Positions 1 through 13,605 of a stretch of DNA of 64,000 nt are shown here, one piece after another. Source of the DNA: Octopus sinensis (Eukaryota); NCBI RefSeq assembly GCF_006345805.1, contig NC_043003.1, positions 108,686,001 to 108,750,000 on the forward strand, written 5' to 3'. The notes beneath the pieces are model-generated. The model was not told the origin of the DNA. It saw only the letters and a program-made list of their open reading frames with translations, and ran no database searches. A program made the position numbers and the translations under genes. Numbering within the stretch: the stretch's first letter is position 1; each line of letters starts with the position of its first letter.

Positions 1-264
1 ATCATCATCATCATATATAAAAAAAAATTTTATTACAAGAATATTGAAATTCCTCACTGTTGACTAAAAGTTATTTTGCAGTGACATTTTAATTTTAGGG
101 CAGTTAAAAGGGGTTCACTCCTTATTGAAAGGTTATCTTGCCTGCCCACTGACTTCCACAGATTCCCATGTGTAAAAAATAAAAGGAAAATTTTCGAAGC
201 TCTAAGAAAATATTATCGAAGAAAAGAGAATGAAAATGGAAGTGAAACAATATCTTAATTATTA

Positions 265-469
265 TTTTACTCTTTTACTTGTTTCAGTCATGTGACTGTG
301 GCCATGCTGGAGCACCACCTCTAGTCGAGCAAATCGACCCCAAGACTTATTCTATGTAAGCCTAGTACTTATTCTATCGGTCTCTTTTGCTGAACCGCTA
401 AGTTACGGGGGCGTAAACACACCACCATCGGTTGTCAAGTGATGTTGGGGGGACAAACACAGACACACA

Positions 470-520
<51 letters not shown>

Positions 521-684
521 CGACAGGCTTCTTTCAGCTTCCATCTACCAAATCCACTCACAAGGCTTTGGTTGACCTGAGGCTATAGTAGAAGACACTA
601 GCCCAAGGTGCCACGCAGTGGAACTGAACCTGGAACCATGCAGTTCGTAAGCAAGCTACTTACCACACAGCCACTCCTACACCC
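265..684 (-). mobile_element. tRNA-derived SINE, family A (near full length, central (TA)n)
   Basis: Matches the copy at 47876-48270 in reverse: tRNA-like head, CCTTGGGCAAGTGTCTTCTACTATAGCC-type core, microsatellite, TGAAACAAGTAAAAGAGTAAAA tail. Confidence 0.9.
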
Positions 685-840
685 ATTGCATATTTTTCCT
701 CATCTTCCTATCATTTTTTTTAATGCAGATAAGGCTTGGTAGTATAGTTAAAGACATTTTCTTCCCAACCATGTGGTTTCAAATTCAGTCCACCTTGAGC
801 CAGTGTGACAAGCTGACGTGGGACACAAAAACTCATTGTG

Positions 841-883
<43 letters not shown>

Positions 884-1614
884 TTTAAAGTGGAAAATAA
901 ACAGCAGTACCACACAACTCATTCATATATTTGAGTTATATTCATATTACTTTCATGGACATGCAAAAAATTTTTTTTAAATAGCCAGCTCCTTGGACAT
1001 TCGGATGTGAACCAGTTATTTATACATATTTTGTGGGGACAGGCAGATGTACAATTACTATTGTACGTGTTACAATTTTATGCACAACACACACAGAGGT
1101 GTATCTCTACCACATCATCAATCAGTTGATGGAAGAGGGTTAACTACAAAGGATATACTGAGGAAAGCAGAATCTGATATTTACAGAAAAGGAATAGAAT
1201 AGAATGTTGTGTTAGTGGTGTCTGTTTCAAAGACAGTGAAGGGATACGGCCCTTCAAAATAAACCTAAAAATTTGCAGGACTACAACATAGTGCTACAGA
1301 TCTTACTTATATTCAACTGTTTTTGAGGCACAGCAAGATAAATTCTCAATGTGCCATTGCTAGAAGCCTATCTGAGCCTATTAGTCAATTGCAGGTTGGA
1401 CAGGGAGCTAATGTAGTCAGGTAATTAGCCCTAACCACTGGCACTTGGTGGGACTGGAATTCAGAACACAAGGAGACTGAATAGCTACTGCAAACTATCT
1501 CATTAAATGCTCCAACAGATCTGTCCATCTACAGTCCTGGATTAGCACTTTATCAACCAATGTTGAAATGAGCAAAAGTGAAGTTGACCCTGGTAGGATA
1601 TGAAGTAGATTTAG

Positions 1615-1784
1615 CTCTTTACTCTTCATATTACTCTGTCAAATATGCTTGTTTGTTTCTGTTGAATTAATCCTGCATTATCTCATAGCTTTGAGAGATT
1701 TCAATGATGCGGTTGTTTAGTTCTAGAACGACATTGTAGGATTGAGGTGAGAAGCTGGATCTGGCCAGTTTGAATGCTAAAGGG
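1615..1784. mobile_element. piggyBac-like MITE, family P1 (decayed)
   Basis: Ends AATGCTAAAGGG|TTAA; internal sequence is shared with copies at 9.5, 11.0 and 49.8 kb. Confidence 0.7.
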
Positions 1785-1819
1785 TTAATATGGATATATA
1801 ATTGTTTCAATTTTTGGCA

Positions 1820-2136
1820 CAGGAGCAGCAGGCACATAAAAAGCACCATCCGAACGTGGCCGATGCCAGCGCTGCCTGGACTGGCTTCTGTGCCGGTGGC
1901 ATGTAAAAAGCACCAACTGATCGTGGCTGCTGCCAGCCTCCCCTGGCACCTGTGCCAGTGGCATGTAAAAAGCACCCACTACACTCATGGAGTGGTTGGT
2001 GTTAGGAAGGGCATCCAGCTGTAAAAACACAGCCAGATCAGACTGGAGCCTGGTGCAGTCTCCTGGCTTCCCAGACCCCGGTTGAACCACCCAACCCATG
2101 CTAGCACGGAAAAAGGATGTTAAACGATGATGATGA
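1820..2136 (+). mobile_element. Repeat family C (GGTTGGCGTTAGGAAGGGCATCCAGCTGT core, RTE-type tail ending (GAT)n)
   Basis: Repeated GTAAAAAGCACC motifs, core motif, and tail CCAACCCATGCTAGCA...GTTAAACGATGATGATG. More than ten copies in the window. Confidence 0.85.
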
Positions 2137-3829
2137 AGGAAGTAGAATACATCAACCCCCACTCCCAGTACTTGACTGGTACTTACTTTATTAGCCCCAG
2201 AAGGATGAAAGACGAAGTGGACTTCAGCATAATTTGAGCTCCTAACAGAGATAGGCAAAATGCTATCAAGCTCACCACCTCCACATGGGAACATAATTGA
2301 ATGTAAAATGAAAATCTGAGGACAAATGAACATGGAGGAAGTGGAGCCATAAAAACCATTACAGAGTGTCATGGCAGAAATTTGCCACACATGAAGAATG
2401 AGCCGCATTGAAACCTATAGCTATTTGTTCAGCAACAATACCAGGGTTAAATATTTTCAAAAATCTGAAGATAAGACATTCCTTTGTTCTACACACACAC
2501 ACCACACACACACACACACACACACGATATAAGCTCCTCTTTCAATAATTCAGCAAATTTTGTATTTGTATGTGTTTAAGACCAAAGGTTTAATGTTAGC
2601 AAAAATACTTGTTATTCTCCTCATGTCTACATTCCGCTACCACGAGGGGTGTAAATAGCCATATAGAGATAGGAACGCTGATAGAAATCTGACTTAATAG
2701 TAAAATAAAATACAAGAGAAAAGAGAGAGAGAGAGAGAGAGAGAAGTGTGAGATAAATACAAATATATGAATGTGTGTGTGTGTGTGTGTGTACACACAC
2801 ACACATGGTAGCAGGATGGGTAAGTAGACAGAGAGAGAGAGAAAGATTACTGATAAAGCATGGACACATGAAAGCAATGTCACAATATGAATAACAAAAA
2901 CAAAAAAGAATTTCTTTTATGCATTTCACTATTACATATATGAAGAGAGTGCAGTGGAAGATGCAGTTAATCAAGTATTTAATGATATTAAGTATTTAAT
3001 CTCATTCTTTTTAAGTTCCGAGTTCAAATCTTACCAAGGCTAATTTTGCCACACATTCTTTGGGAGTAGGTTAAAATCCTGACTGCATAGCATCTACAAA
3101 ATCCTGACTGCATGGTTGGTTCAATCAGCTATAAACCCTTCAACTTTACAAAATCGTGGCCTTGTGCCAATGTAAACTTTTCATATCTCGTCACTGGCAC
3201 CATCTGTAAAACTACTTTCTAGTGATTCTGTGCATCTACTTGTCTGTACTAGTAGTGACTGGTAACCTAAGCAGTACTAAAGATGTCTGCAAACCACTTA
3301 ATATGATGTGGGAAACCACATATGTACATGCTTTAACGCAATATGTCACAAATATTTTTTTCAACTAACGCCCAATATATGTGGTGCATTGTTGTACTCA
3401 AGAAGACCTGTCCCCAACAGAATTGAAATCCTAAAACTAAGGTGCCACGTAAAAAGCACCCAGTATACTCTGTGAAGTGATTGGTATCAAGAAGGGTATC
3501 CAGCTATAGAAACCAAACCAAAACGGAATATGACACCTGGTATGGCCCCTGATCTTGCCAGTTCCTGTCCAACCCATGCTACTATGGAAAATGGACGTTA
3601 AATGATGATCTCTTTTTTCACTAACGCGTTTTCTATGTCCCCTTGTTTATGATCCACTGTTCCCCTGTCTTCATTTTTAATTGTACATAGGTGTAATATG
3701 AGGTCAGAGTAATTTAGTTCCAGGTACTACTAGTTTGATGTAGGTGATTACAACAGCACCACTCTACTATAAGTGAGTACTACAAACATAGGTAATATAT
3801 ATTTGGTTTTGTTTATTTCTATTTTTGTT

Positions 3830-4195
3830 TTTATTTTCGTTTCAGTCATAGAACTGTAGCCATGCTGGAGCACTGCCTTGAACGCTTTCGTTGAATAAGT
3901 CACCCCCTGTACTATTTTAAGCCTGGTACTAATTATAGGTCTCCTTTTGCTGAACCACCAAGTTACAGGGACATAAACAGACCCACGCTGGTTGTCAAGT
4001 AGTGGTGGGGGACAAGCATAATGACAGGCACACACATACATACTGGGCTTCCTTCAGTTTCCATCTACCAAATCCATACAGAAGGTTTTGATCAGCCCAG
4101 GACTAAAATAGGTGACGCCCATGGTGCTATGCAGTGGGACTGAACTTAGAACCATGTGGTTAGAAGCAAACTTTTTACTACACAACCACGCCCAC
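3830..4195 (-). mobile_element. SINE family A copy
   Basis: Colinear with the family A copies at 265-684 and 47876-48270. Confidence 0.8.
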
Positions 4196-4594
4196 ATTTT
4201 GAAGTCTTATCATTGTTGTTGTTGTGACAGCTTATCAGAGAATAAAATTATTATATTTTTTTTTGTAAGTTAGTATTTAAATAAGAGAGAAGGACTAAAG
4301 AAACTGCACAGATGCCTCTATCACACTTCCCTGCGACCCATTTTAGAAGCACTGGTTTTAAGAGTAGTGTGACACAAGTATGAAAGCTTTCACTAACGAA
4401 GCCAAGTACTGAAGTAAGCAGTGAAATTTCCATACTTAGTACTTAGTCATGAGAATTGTGTTAGTGCCTTAAACAGCCCACTCTATTTATTTAACCCATT
4501 TGTTATGATATTTCTGGTTAAAATATACTGCTTTTAAAATTTATTTAAACATTTAAAAAATTAGGGAAATAACTGTTATTATTGCTACAACTCT

Positions 4595-4810
4595 TAAGGT
4601 GGCAAGTTGGCAGAATTGTTAGCATGCCAGGTAAATTACTCAATAGCAATTTGTCTGTTTTTACATTCTGAGTTCAAATGCTGCCAAGGCTGACTTTGTG
4701 TTTCATCCTTTTTGGGGTTGATAAATTAAGAACCAGTTGACCACTGAGGGGGTAATCAATTTACTCCTTCCCATGAATATGCTGACCTTGAGCCAAAGTT
4801 TGAAACCATT
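4595..4810 (+). mobile_element. SINE family B copy
   Basis: GGTGGCAAGTTGGCAGAA head; GAGTTCAAAT...GACTTTG...TTTCATCCTTTT core. Confidence 0.8.
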
Positions 4811-5211
4811 ATTAATCTGGTGCTTGAATCAAAGCTTAACATGGAATTTTTATGGAAGGCTTTAATTGAGATCACTTTTTTAATGCAGGAAGTTTGTTTT
4901 CTAGAACCAGGAAGGAGTCGTCTCAAGTGGGTTGGTATCAGAAGGAGTGACGAATGGGTCATCTGAGAAATAAGTAATGAGCTGAAGACAGTTGTGCAGA
5001 AATACAGTGGATGAGCAAACAAGGTGCTGGACTACCATTTCTTAGTTTACACATGAGGTAAGGGTTTTTTTTTATTGTCTACTTGGAGGCATTGTGGGTC
5101 ACAATAGAGGAACCAAAAGAAATTTTAAGACTTTTGTTCAACATGCTAACAGTTCTGCCAACTCTCTACCTTCAACAACAACAACAACAATTTCAAAAAA
5201 GCCACCCTGAT

Positions 5212-5460
5212 ACTTGACTTGACTTAGGACAGCATTCACCTGGGGTGGGTTGAGCTGGCTTCATTCATCCTCAATGCTGCATCTCTCACAAATGCTGACC
5301 AGGCCTGGCGATCTGAGGCTAACGACCGCGTGATCTCCAACCACTCCCTATTCCAGCAGCGAACGCCGTAGACATGGGGGCCTAGGTTGGGTTCCAGATC
5401 AGCCCTGACCGTCATCAACCAGGTTTTTTCATTGTCCACCATAACCACCTTGGTACCAAT
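5212..5460 (-). mobile_element. RTE-clade LINE 3' fragment
   Basis: TWLMTVRADLEP...WLEITRSLASDRQAWSAFVRD matches the RTE ORF2 C-terminal pattern W..V..DL....W...A.DR..W; the stop is followed by an (AAGTC)n tail. Confidence 0.8.
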
Positions 5461-5912
5461 GCAATTTCCCTCTCCCCAACTGTTGCTCTACAATCTACAG
5501 GTGTACGCACAGAGCAGGTCCATTCGTACACACCACACACACATTACTCTCATTCAACATTCAGTAAGTTTACTAGGGAGGCAGTACTTCCCTCTCCACC
5601 CTTGTTTTCCTTTTCAAGTAAAACTTGAGAAAGCTGATAAGGGATCACATGGTCAAAGAGGAACATATCTACTTTAATCACCACACAATTCTTACGTTCT
5701 TCCAGCATGCTCATATTTCAATGTTGATTTATTCTAAATGTGTGAGAATGCATTTGAAGGTTCAGTCAAGGACCTTATCTTCATGCAGTGTGTATGACTG
5801 TAAGTCTTGTCAACTTGATGCAACTCAAACTTCATCAACTGATACTAATTGGAGAATTTGAACTCAGCTAACAAAACATTTGTTAATTTTACAGTGTATC
5901 CATTGTTTAGAG

Positions 5913-6363
5913 TAGGGGGTCACCAAGGAATTAAAGGGGGTCAAATGGGGGTCGGCATGCAAAAGACCAGCCAACCCAGATGAACTGCTTGAAATACTTA
6001 GTCAGCGCCATCCTCATCCCTCACATTGATATTGTCAATTTCAATAAAAGATATTCCAGCAATATGATGTGTTTTTCACATTTTCTAACCATGAAAACAA
6101 TTTCATAAACATTCACAGTTTAATACTGTATACTCATACATGTTTTAAATATAAAAAGTGTGTTATCTTCAATAGAATTTCTTAATTTGTCGTACATGTA
6201 TATTTTAGCTAACATTTTAATTGCCAAAATCAGTACCCAGTACACATTTAACATGTGGTATGGTAGAGTAGGGTATTAAGATATTTTAAATGAGGAGGGT
6301 GGTTGATGTGGAAGGAGAAGTGGCTAAAGGGGGTCAATAGTAACAAAATGTTGGTGACCCCTG
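5913..6363. mobile_element. hAT-type non-autonomous DNA transposon (MITE)
   Basis: TIRs TAGGGGGTCACCAA / TTGGTGACCCCTG; 8-bp TSD GTTTAGAG (5905-5912) / GTTTAGGG (6364-6371). Confidence 0.8.
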
Positions 6364-7393
6364 GTTTAGGGCATGACACACGATACCTCTTTTTAATCCA
6401 TTTGATAGGAACCCAGCCAAGGCCGCGCCTGGTTGTATGAAACAAAACATCCTGTTGTAAAGCAAGCTAAAATTAAAACCTGCCCAAGACCATCCTTGAT
6501 TCTATAGTAAAAGCTTTTCTTTTTGCAAAGTAATCTAAACTGAAACCTTCCATCAAAATTCATATTATGTTCTAAACACCAGCTCAACCATATTTCAGTA
6601 TTCTCAAAATTAAAACAAAGGTAGTGCGTTTCAATACAAATACAATAACAGAAGGATTACATCTAAGTGGATTAAGTAATTTGAGAATTCTATGCTTGGC
6701 TAGACATAGCATAGCACTGGTGATGAGAGAAACTCCATCACTGTTTTAGTTTACAGTCCAACACCATCCCAGACTGCAGAGTATGTGGTTGGCAGACAGT
6801 TCTACTACTGGATAGGGTTGTCAGTGCATTGTAAACTTCTGTATTCACTTGTTTGTCTATATCTATATTTATGGGTGTGTGTGTGTGTGTATATGCACGG
6901 GCATTTGCTTGTTTGTTTGTTTTTACAGCAGTTTCTCCATGCTAGTATCAGTGGGGTGAATATATTTTTGAGGCAAGTAGTTATATAATGTTCCTGCTGG
7001 TATAGTCAAATAGATCGCTAAGAAGTAGCTTCAGACTTGGTGCTACTGATACAATATGAAAAGTCAACCACACTTTCAGCAGTTAAGTTTAGCATTTACA
7101 TATTTACTGTAGCGAGCAACAAAAAGCTAATTAGAAATAATTATTTAGAGAGGAAAAGATAACATTAGCTCAATGAACAATGCAGTCTCGATCATTTTAG
7201 TAAGTACATGAGAAACGTGTACAGATGTTCCAGTTTTATTAGCTCTCATTAGCAAAGCACAAACTTTGTCATACATTTAATGAAGTAGTAACGAAAGAAT
7301 CATAGTAGATTTAAATATTGCACACGAGTAAACATGACAACGAAAATATTTCAAGAAATTCCTCAGAGAAGGCTTCCTCAGCAAATTTAATAT

Positions 7394-7657
7394 GTTTGTT
7401 CCTTCTCGAGCCATGCCTGGCTCATAAGGGCCGGTTTCCAGGTTTCCTTGATGCATAGGTTCCCCACCTGGACGGGACACCGATCCGTCACGTTGTGGCG
7501 AAAGAGTCAGCAGAAGTTTCGCCATTACCTTCTGCTGGAGCTGCATGGAGCTTAGGTGTTTCGCTTATAAACACTCACATCGCCTCGTCTGAGATTCGAA
7601 CCTGTGATTCCTCGACCGTGAGTCCGCTGCTCTAACCACTAGGCCATGTGCCTCCAC
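7394..7657 (-). mobile_element. tRNA-derived SINE, family F (single copy here)
   Basis: A box TGGCCTAGTGG and B box GGTTCGAATCT followed by a non-tRNA body. It accounts for ORF 7277-7546. Confidence 0.85.
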
Positions 7658-7727
7658 AAATTAAAAAAAAAAGAAAAAAAAGCTAATTACAAAGAAGTAT
7701 GTTGCTTCTCCATAGGTATGACTCCTA

Positions 7728-8075
7728 TTTGGTTTCAGTCATTGGACGACGGCAATGCTGGAACACTGCTTAGTAGACTAAGCCAAACAAATTGACTACA
7801 GTCATTATTTTAAGTCTGGTGCTTATTCTATTGGTTCATATTGCTGAACTGCTAACTTACTGGGGATGTTAACAAGCCAACACCAGTTGTCAACTGAAGG
7901 GAAAACAAACCTACAGACACACACAATGGGTTTCTCACAGTTTCTCTCTCCCAAATTTACTCATGTGGCATTTGTCGCCTTGGGGTTATAGCAGAAGCCT
8001 GGCCAAGGAGCTGCATAGTGGGACTGAACCCAAAACCACGTGGCTGTGAAGTAAACTCCTTAACCACATAACCAT
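7728..8075 (-). mobile_element. SINE family A copy (diverged)
   Basis: Colinear with the family A consensus. Confidence 0.75.
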
Positions 8076-8959
8076 ACATGTCTCATGTAGGAGTAAAAAA
8101 AAAGTCATGTGTGCAAAGTCTAAATAATTTAATCGACCTCATTCTGGGTATTCACTTTAATTAGGCTTTAGGTTTGTTTAAAAATTTATACTCTAAATTT
8201 ATATACTATTTTTAATTATATTTTCCATTTATTCATTTCATACAACACAAATTTCTATGAAACATCAACGAGAATTTTTTCTCGAAGAATCAGATAAGGA
8301 AAACCGATAACAAATGACGAAGAATAACCCAGAGTGACAGTCTATGAGTAATATCTGCTGACTAGTTTCTCATTATTTCAAGAAAAACTATTTGGTATCG
8401 CTGCACATAATTCGGTCCAAGAATATGTTAATACAGTTCAACACTTGGCAGCTCTTAGTTCCCACAGTTTTATTGCAGTTGTTAATTTAAATAAACAAAT
8501 AAATAGAATATCGGTTGAGCTAGAAACTAAACAAAGATATGTAGAACTAAATATAAAATGCTAAAGTAGGCTGCAACATGTGCTACATAAATTACGGAGA
8601 AATTGTGTCGGGATTAATGCAATGTCTGCAAAATTTACTGCTTCGTTAATTAGAAATTTGTTTCTACAAGACTTTTCTGTAGTAATTACTCATTTTACTG
8701 AATGTCATTTCAGCATCTCCACAAACAAAATTACAGAAAAGACAGAAGGAAAATGTTTGGTATGGGAGTATGGTTAAAAAGATTGCATTCTGACCATGTT
8801 TTTGGGGGTGTTTAGCCCCACTGCATGACACCTTAGGCAAGTCTTCTACTATAGCCCTAGGTCATTCAAAATTTTGTGAGTGGGTTTGATATATATGGAA
8901 AATGAAATAGCTCACTGTATGTTTGTGTGTGTGTGGGTGCACGCGTGTGCATGCGTCCA

Positions 8960-9165
8960 TCTATCGATGCCTTGATATCATGTGCAGTTTGTTTCCTGTT
9001 TTCTATGAGAAACATGTCTAGCCATGTGGAAAAACATTACTTTGCTTGGAAACAGGTAAGGACTGCAACAGGAAGGGCATCTGGCCACAAAAAATTTGCT
9101 TCAGTGAATTCCATCTGACCCATGCAAGCATGGAAAAATGGATGTTAAAACAACGATGATGATTT
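8960..9165 (+). mobile_element. SINE family G 3' part (GAAAACATGTCTGGCC...GGAAGGGCATC...CATGCAAGCATGGAAAA tail)
   Basis: Shared with copies near 22440-22660, 51330-51530 (minus), 51710-51950, 55580-55805 and 58160-58405. Confidence 0.75.
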
Positions 9166-9338
9166 TAGCATAAAATAAGTCAAAACCAAATTCATGTAAA
9201 AATATGTTGTGCAACTACAATGTCTGTTTACATACTGTCTGACATTTTTGATTTTATAAACTTTTTAATGGCTTCGTTAGAAAATAAAGACCAGCGCTTA
9301 TGATATCCTCACATCAGTGACACATCTTGAATGCTTAC

Positions 9339-9440
9339 AGCAAGATGAATTCTGTTGAAGGCATCCAGGTACCAGGTGATTGATTAAAGCAGTAGATTTA
9401 AACAATGCAGTGTAGCACATGCAAGGGTAGTCCAGGTACA
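9339..9440 (-). CDS. Candidate coding exon E (LYLDYPCMCYTALFKSTALINHLVPGCLQQNSSC)
   Basis: 102 nt of unique sequence with acceptor ttcttcaacatccacag| and donor TGC T|gtaagc. Phase 1-1 fits the exon D donor; the other two frames contain stops. No homology recognised. Confidence 0.35.
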
Positions 9441-10969
9441 CTGTGGATGTTGAAGAATAGATGATAATTTGATTCGTTAGCATTTTGAATTATTCTGTCA
9501 AATGTAATGCTTATTTATTCCCTTTGTTTTGAATTAATCCTGCATTATTCTGTAGCTTTGAGATTTTGATGTGACTATGTTCATTTTTAGGATGACATTA
9601 CAGGGTAGGTGTGAAAGGCTGGATCGGGTCAGTTTGAGCATAACACAGGTAGAATACTTGGGCCGGATATGGCTGGTTTAAATGCTGAAGGGTGACAGGT
9701 AGCTGCTCAGCCATGATGCAAGGGAGATAAAATTGGAAAACAATAGGAATTCTTTCTACATTTGGCACAAAGTCTGAAATTTTGTGTGTGTGTGTGTGTG
9801 GTGGTGGTGGTGGAGGGGGGTGAGGAAGGGCTAACCAGTTGCATTGACCCCAGGGCTCAAATGGTACATTGTTTTATTGACCCTGAAAGGATGAAAAGCA
9901 AAGTTGATCTTGGCACTATCTGAACCCGGAAGGAAAAGCTAGAACAAATGCCACTCAGAGTTTTCGTCTGGCATGCTTAGTAGTACTGCCAGCCCTTTAA
10001 TAGCCATTGGAAAATGCATGAACATCAACAGTTCCCAATTAGCCCATTCTTTGAAATACAGAACTGGTGTTTCTTTATGGATGAATAGTCTTATACTTCT
10101 AAGTGTTAACCAGTCAACCATGAAATGAAACTGGTACACACCCACTCACCCTGTACAACCACTTCCAGACCAAATTATTTTTTTCTTTCTTTTAAATGAT
10201 TTAATCTCTCATTTATTTATTTGTTATTTATTTCAATATTTCTTGTTCCTATTTCCACAGATTCTGAAATTCTATAAATCTATGTTGAAAATCTTTAACA
10301 TCAAATAAATAAGAAACATTGAAAGAGACAATAAACTATTGCAAAAATTAAACAAACAATAGAAATATTTCTGTTCATCGATGTGTGAAAGCAATTCACT
10401 AAAGAAGAAATAAACTTCTTTTCAAAGCAAAAATGCTCTTCTGCTTCACAGAGCTAATTTTTAATTTCTTCCAATATTCCCACTGTCATTGCATTACATT
10501 GTACCCCCAAGGTAAGGCATATTGTTGTTGTTGTTGTTATCGTCTTTCTCATTTTAACTCATCTGCATCATGGCTGAATGGCTACTATTAGGTAGGGCCA
10601 TACATCTGCCTCTAATACTGCATGGAAATATTTAAAACGGCAGAGCATTCCAACCCGAGCACACGCATTCAGATGCTCCAGACCACCATACAGCTCACAC
10701 TATCAAAATTCTAGATTTGACAGACGTTCAACAGCATCCAAAAGTAAATAAATAAAAAACCCATCCATCTGATATGCAATCTCCATCTCTTTTGCTTCTA
10801 CAACAATTCAAGTTTTGCTGAACCTGCCAACAATGCACCTGCCACTCCATTTTATTTGAAGTAATTACTTCTTCCTAAAAGCAAAGTATAGAGCCTCTTT
10901 GTGGTTGGTTTAACCTGCTTAAAAGAGCAGCCAAATGTCCTAAAAAAAAACCCATCCATATCACCATAA

Positions 10970-11183
10970 CCCTTTAGTGTTCAGATTATTTTGTGAAATA
11001 TGCTTTTTTTATTTAAATTGTTTTGGATTCATGCATTACCTCAAAGCTTAGAGGTTTTGATGATGTGATTGTTTACGTTTAGAATGTTAGTGTAGGTTAT
11101 GTGTGAGAGGTTAGATATGGCCAGTTTGAATGTAAAAATGCAGAATGTTTGAACCAGATTTGGCTGGTTTAAATGCTAAAAGG
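10970..11183. mobile_element. piggyBac-like MITE, family P1
   Basis: ATAA|CCCTTTAGTGTT ... AATGCTAAAAGG|TTAA; CCC/GGG-type termini at a TTAA-like site. Confidence 0.75.
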
Positions 11184-13102
11184 TTAAACAAGAAAAGAAT
11201 AATAAAATAAAAAAAGGATAACTTATTTCTACATACAATGTGCCTGAAAAAAACAAGGATGAGATGGCCACAACTGGACACCTTTAATAATATGTCTACT
11301 CAGTCAGGGCTGACTGGGAGCTAAACAAGTTGCATCAGTAAGAATTGCGTACTAACTAAAACACTTTGCTCCTGCAATTTGCTGACTCATGTCTGTGACT
11401 TCTCTAATTACTAAACTGCGTATATTACAATAATACTATTAACCCTTCTCACAGTGGCCCAAGATCCACTGAGGCTACTAACAGTTGTCAGAGCAACAAC
11501 TGTCAATAGCCAATTGGGTTATTGATTTGACATTCAAATTCTCAATGTGTTTCTAAAGACAGACAAGCTTCCCAGAATCACCGACATCCACTCAGTCCAT
11601 GCTGGATGAATATTCTTTTCTACTCTAGGCACAAGGCCCGGAATTTTGGAGGAGGAGGCCAGTTGATTAGATTGACCCCAGTATGCAACTGGTACTTAAT
11701 TTATCGACCCCCCTCCCCAAAAGGATGAAAGGCGAAGTTGACTTTGGCGGAATGTAAAAAGATAGAGGAACAAATAGAGAATATATGAACTGTGCATGCA
11801 GCTGTGAGGGCAACCTACCTGGGAGTACAGCAACTCAGTGAAGAAACAAGAAATAGGGGAGTGGACGCGCTTGACTCTGGCTGCAGACAATGTCTCCAGA
11901 ATTAGCACAATTAAAAGTATGCCAATCCATGGTACAAACAGATTAGTATGAGGAAGAGTGTCCACCCATAAAAACTATGCTAACATGACACACACAACAA
12001 TAAAAATTGCTGTGTGTGATACATAGCAACGGTCTGCAACAACTGATGAGATAACTGCAGGACTTGTCCAACCCATATCAGCATAGAAAACCAGATTTAT
12101 GATAATGCATATGCTTTATATATTGAAGGTAGATGTGAGATACTTTAGTTTGTTTGCCTGGAAATCAAGAATATGTCAAATATATATACGTGTGTGTGTG
12201 TGCGTGTTAGCCATATACCCTTTCAAATGCTAACCCTTATGTTTTTCAAGTAAAGACCTCTTATTTCATACATCATGGAGGACACAAAGGGAGTGGATGA
12301 TTTGTAGACAGAAGTGATAACAACAACAACATGGCCTATAAATTGCAACTGTCACACAGTAGGAATATAAGCAAACATAGACACAGTAACATGACAGGCT
12401 TCTTTCAGTTTCTGTCGACAATATTAGGCCAGAAGCCTTTAGTTGTCCTGGGGTTATAACAGAAGATATTTTCCTAAGGTGCTGCATCGTGGGATGCACT
12501 GAACCAGAAACCGCATTGTCAGGAAACAAACTCCTTTTGCATTTGATGTGTAGCATTGAGTTCAAAACTTTCTGGATGTAAAAGTCACAGAGGAAGGAAG
12601 AGGAACTACAACAACAACAACATCAGTTTGCACTCACTATAAATCAAATCCACCTGTTCTACAAGTCAAAGCAGAAACCTCAACATCATTTCTCAATCTG
12701 CTAGACATAGCAACTAAATCTCCTTCAAATCACAACCTTCTGTCATAAATAAACAAGGTTACATTAGACAATGTAATTCTTGATAAAAAAAACCAAAAAA
12801 TAAAACAGAAAAGATTCCCTTTTATCATAAATCAACTCAAACAGATGCCATTGTTATATAAGATGCTAACCAAGAGTAACATCTAATAGCACTTTTTTCG
12901 TTTTTACATCTCGCACGGTTTACCTCTATGACGGTTGTCCTGCAAACAATTCCTCAACATGTAAACGTCTTATAACATCCGTATCAATAGCCATCTCTCA
13001 GCAATCAATCTATTTGTTATACAATTTGCTCTCTTGCTCAACTTCCATTTATGCTCAAGCCTACATTACTCACCTACATGTCATGTTATCCAATCATTCC
13101 TC

Positions 13103-13512
13103 GGATCTTTTCGGTTTGAACGGTAGTTTTTTCTAGTGGTGTCATATGAAATTGTCACCCATAATTATGATCCTAGAATCGATCTATAGCATTTCAATCT
13201 GTTTTAGGGTTAGGGGTGAGGGAAGGGTATCTTTTTTTCTTCACAAATGTAAATAAACCCAATCTGTTTCTTAAACGAGGGACATATTCATACAGCACAG
13301 AATGCTTTTTAACTCAATAGACGTCATTGATTGGTTGAAATTGCAGAAATTGAAGAAAAGAAACAACAAATATCTTACAAACTATAGAATTTTCTCAATA
13401 AAGCCAAGAGAAAAAGATGTTTTATAAAGACATTCTACAAGTATAATAAGTTTTAAAGTGTTTAGTTACGTGGAAATTATTTTAAAAACTGCTGGTCAAA
13501 CCGAAAAGATCC
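13103..13512. mobile_element. Non-autonomous DNA transposon with GG-starting TIRs and 8-bp TSD (Merlin-like)
   Basis: TIRs GGATCTTTTCGGTTTGAACGGTAGTTTTT / AAAAACTGCTGGTCAAACCGAAAAGATCC (first 17 nt perfect); perfect TSD CATTCCTC at 13095-13102 and 13513-13520. Confidence 0.88.
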
Positions 13513-13605
13513 CATTCCTCAAATGCTGCAAAACTGTAGAATACAAAAAAAAAAAGCAAAAAAAAAAACCCATCAAAAACCTGCAAAGTATTTTAGTATA
13601 CTCAC

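Noticed and set aside
1785-2408. 207-aa minus-strand ORF
   Set aside because: Spans family C and family B repeats; chance open frame.
7277-7546. 89-aa ORF with protein-like composition as a possible next exon
   Set aside because: Lies within the family F SINE and lacks a fitting acceptor.
7585-7657. tRNA-like sequence with A and B boxes
   Set aside because: The acceptor stem does not pair and it continues into a SINE body; it is a SINE head, not a tRNA gene.
13205-13228. TTAGGG-like motif as an interstitial telomere
   Set aside because: At most two degenerate units, inside a MITE.
13496-13605. Hydrophobic tail FLMGFFFCFFFLYS as a transmembrane helix
   Set aside because: Encoded by poly-T after a consensus GTGAGT donor and ends inside a MITE, so it is most likely intronic.
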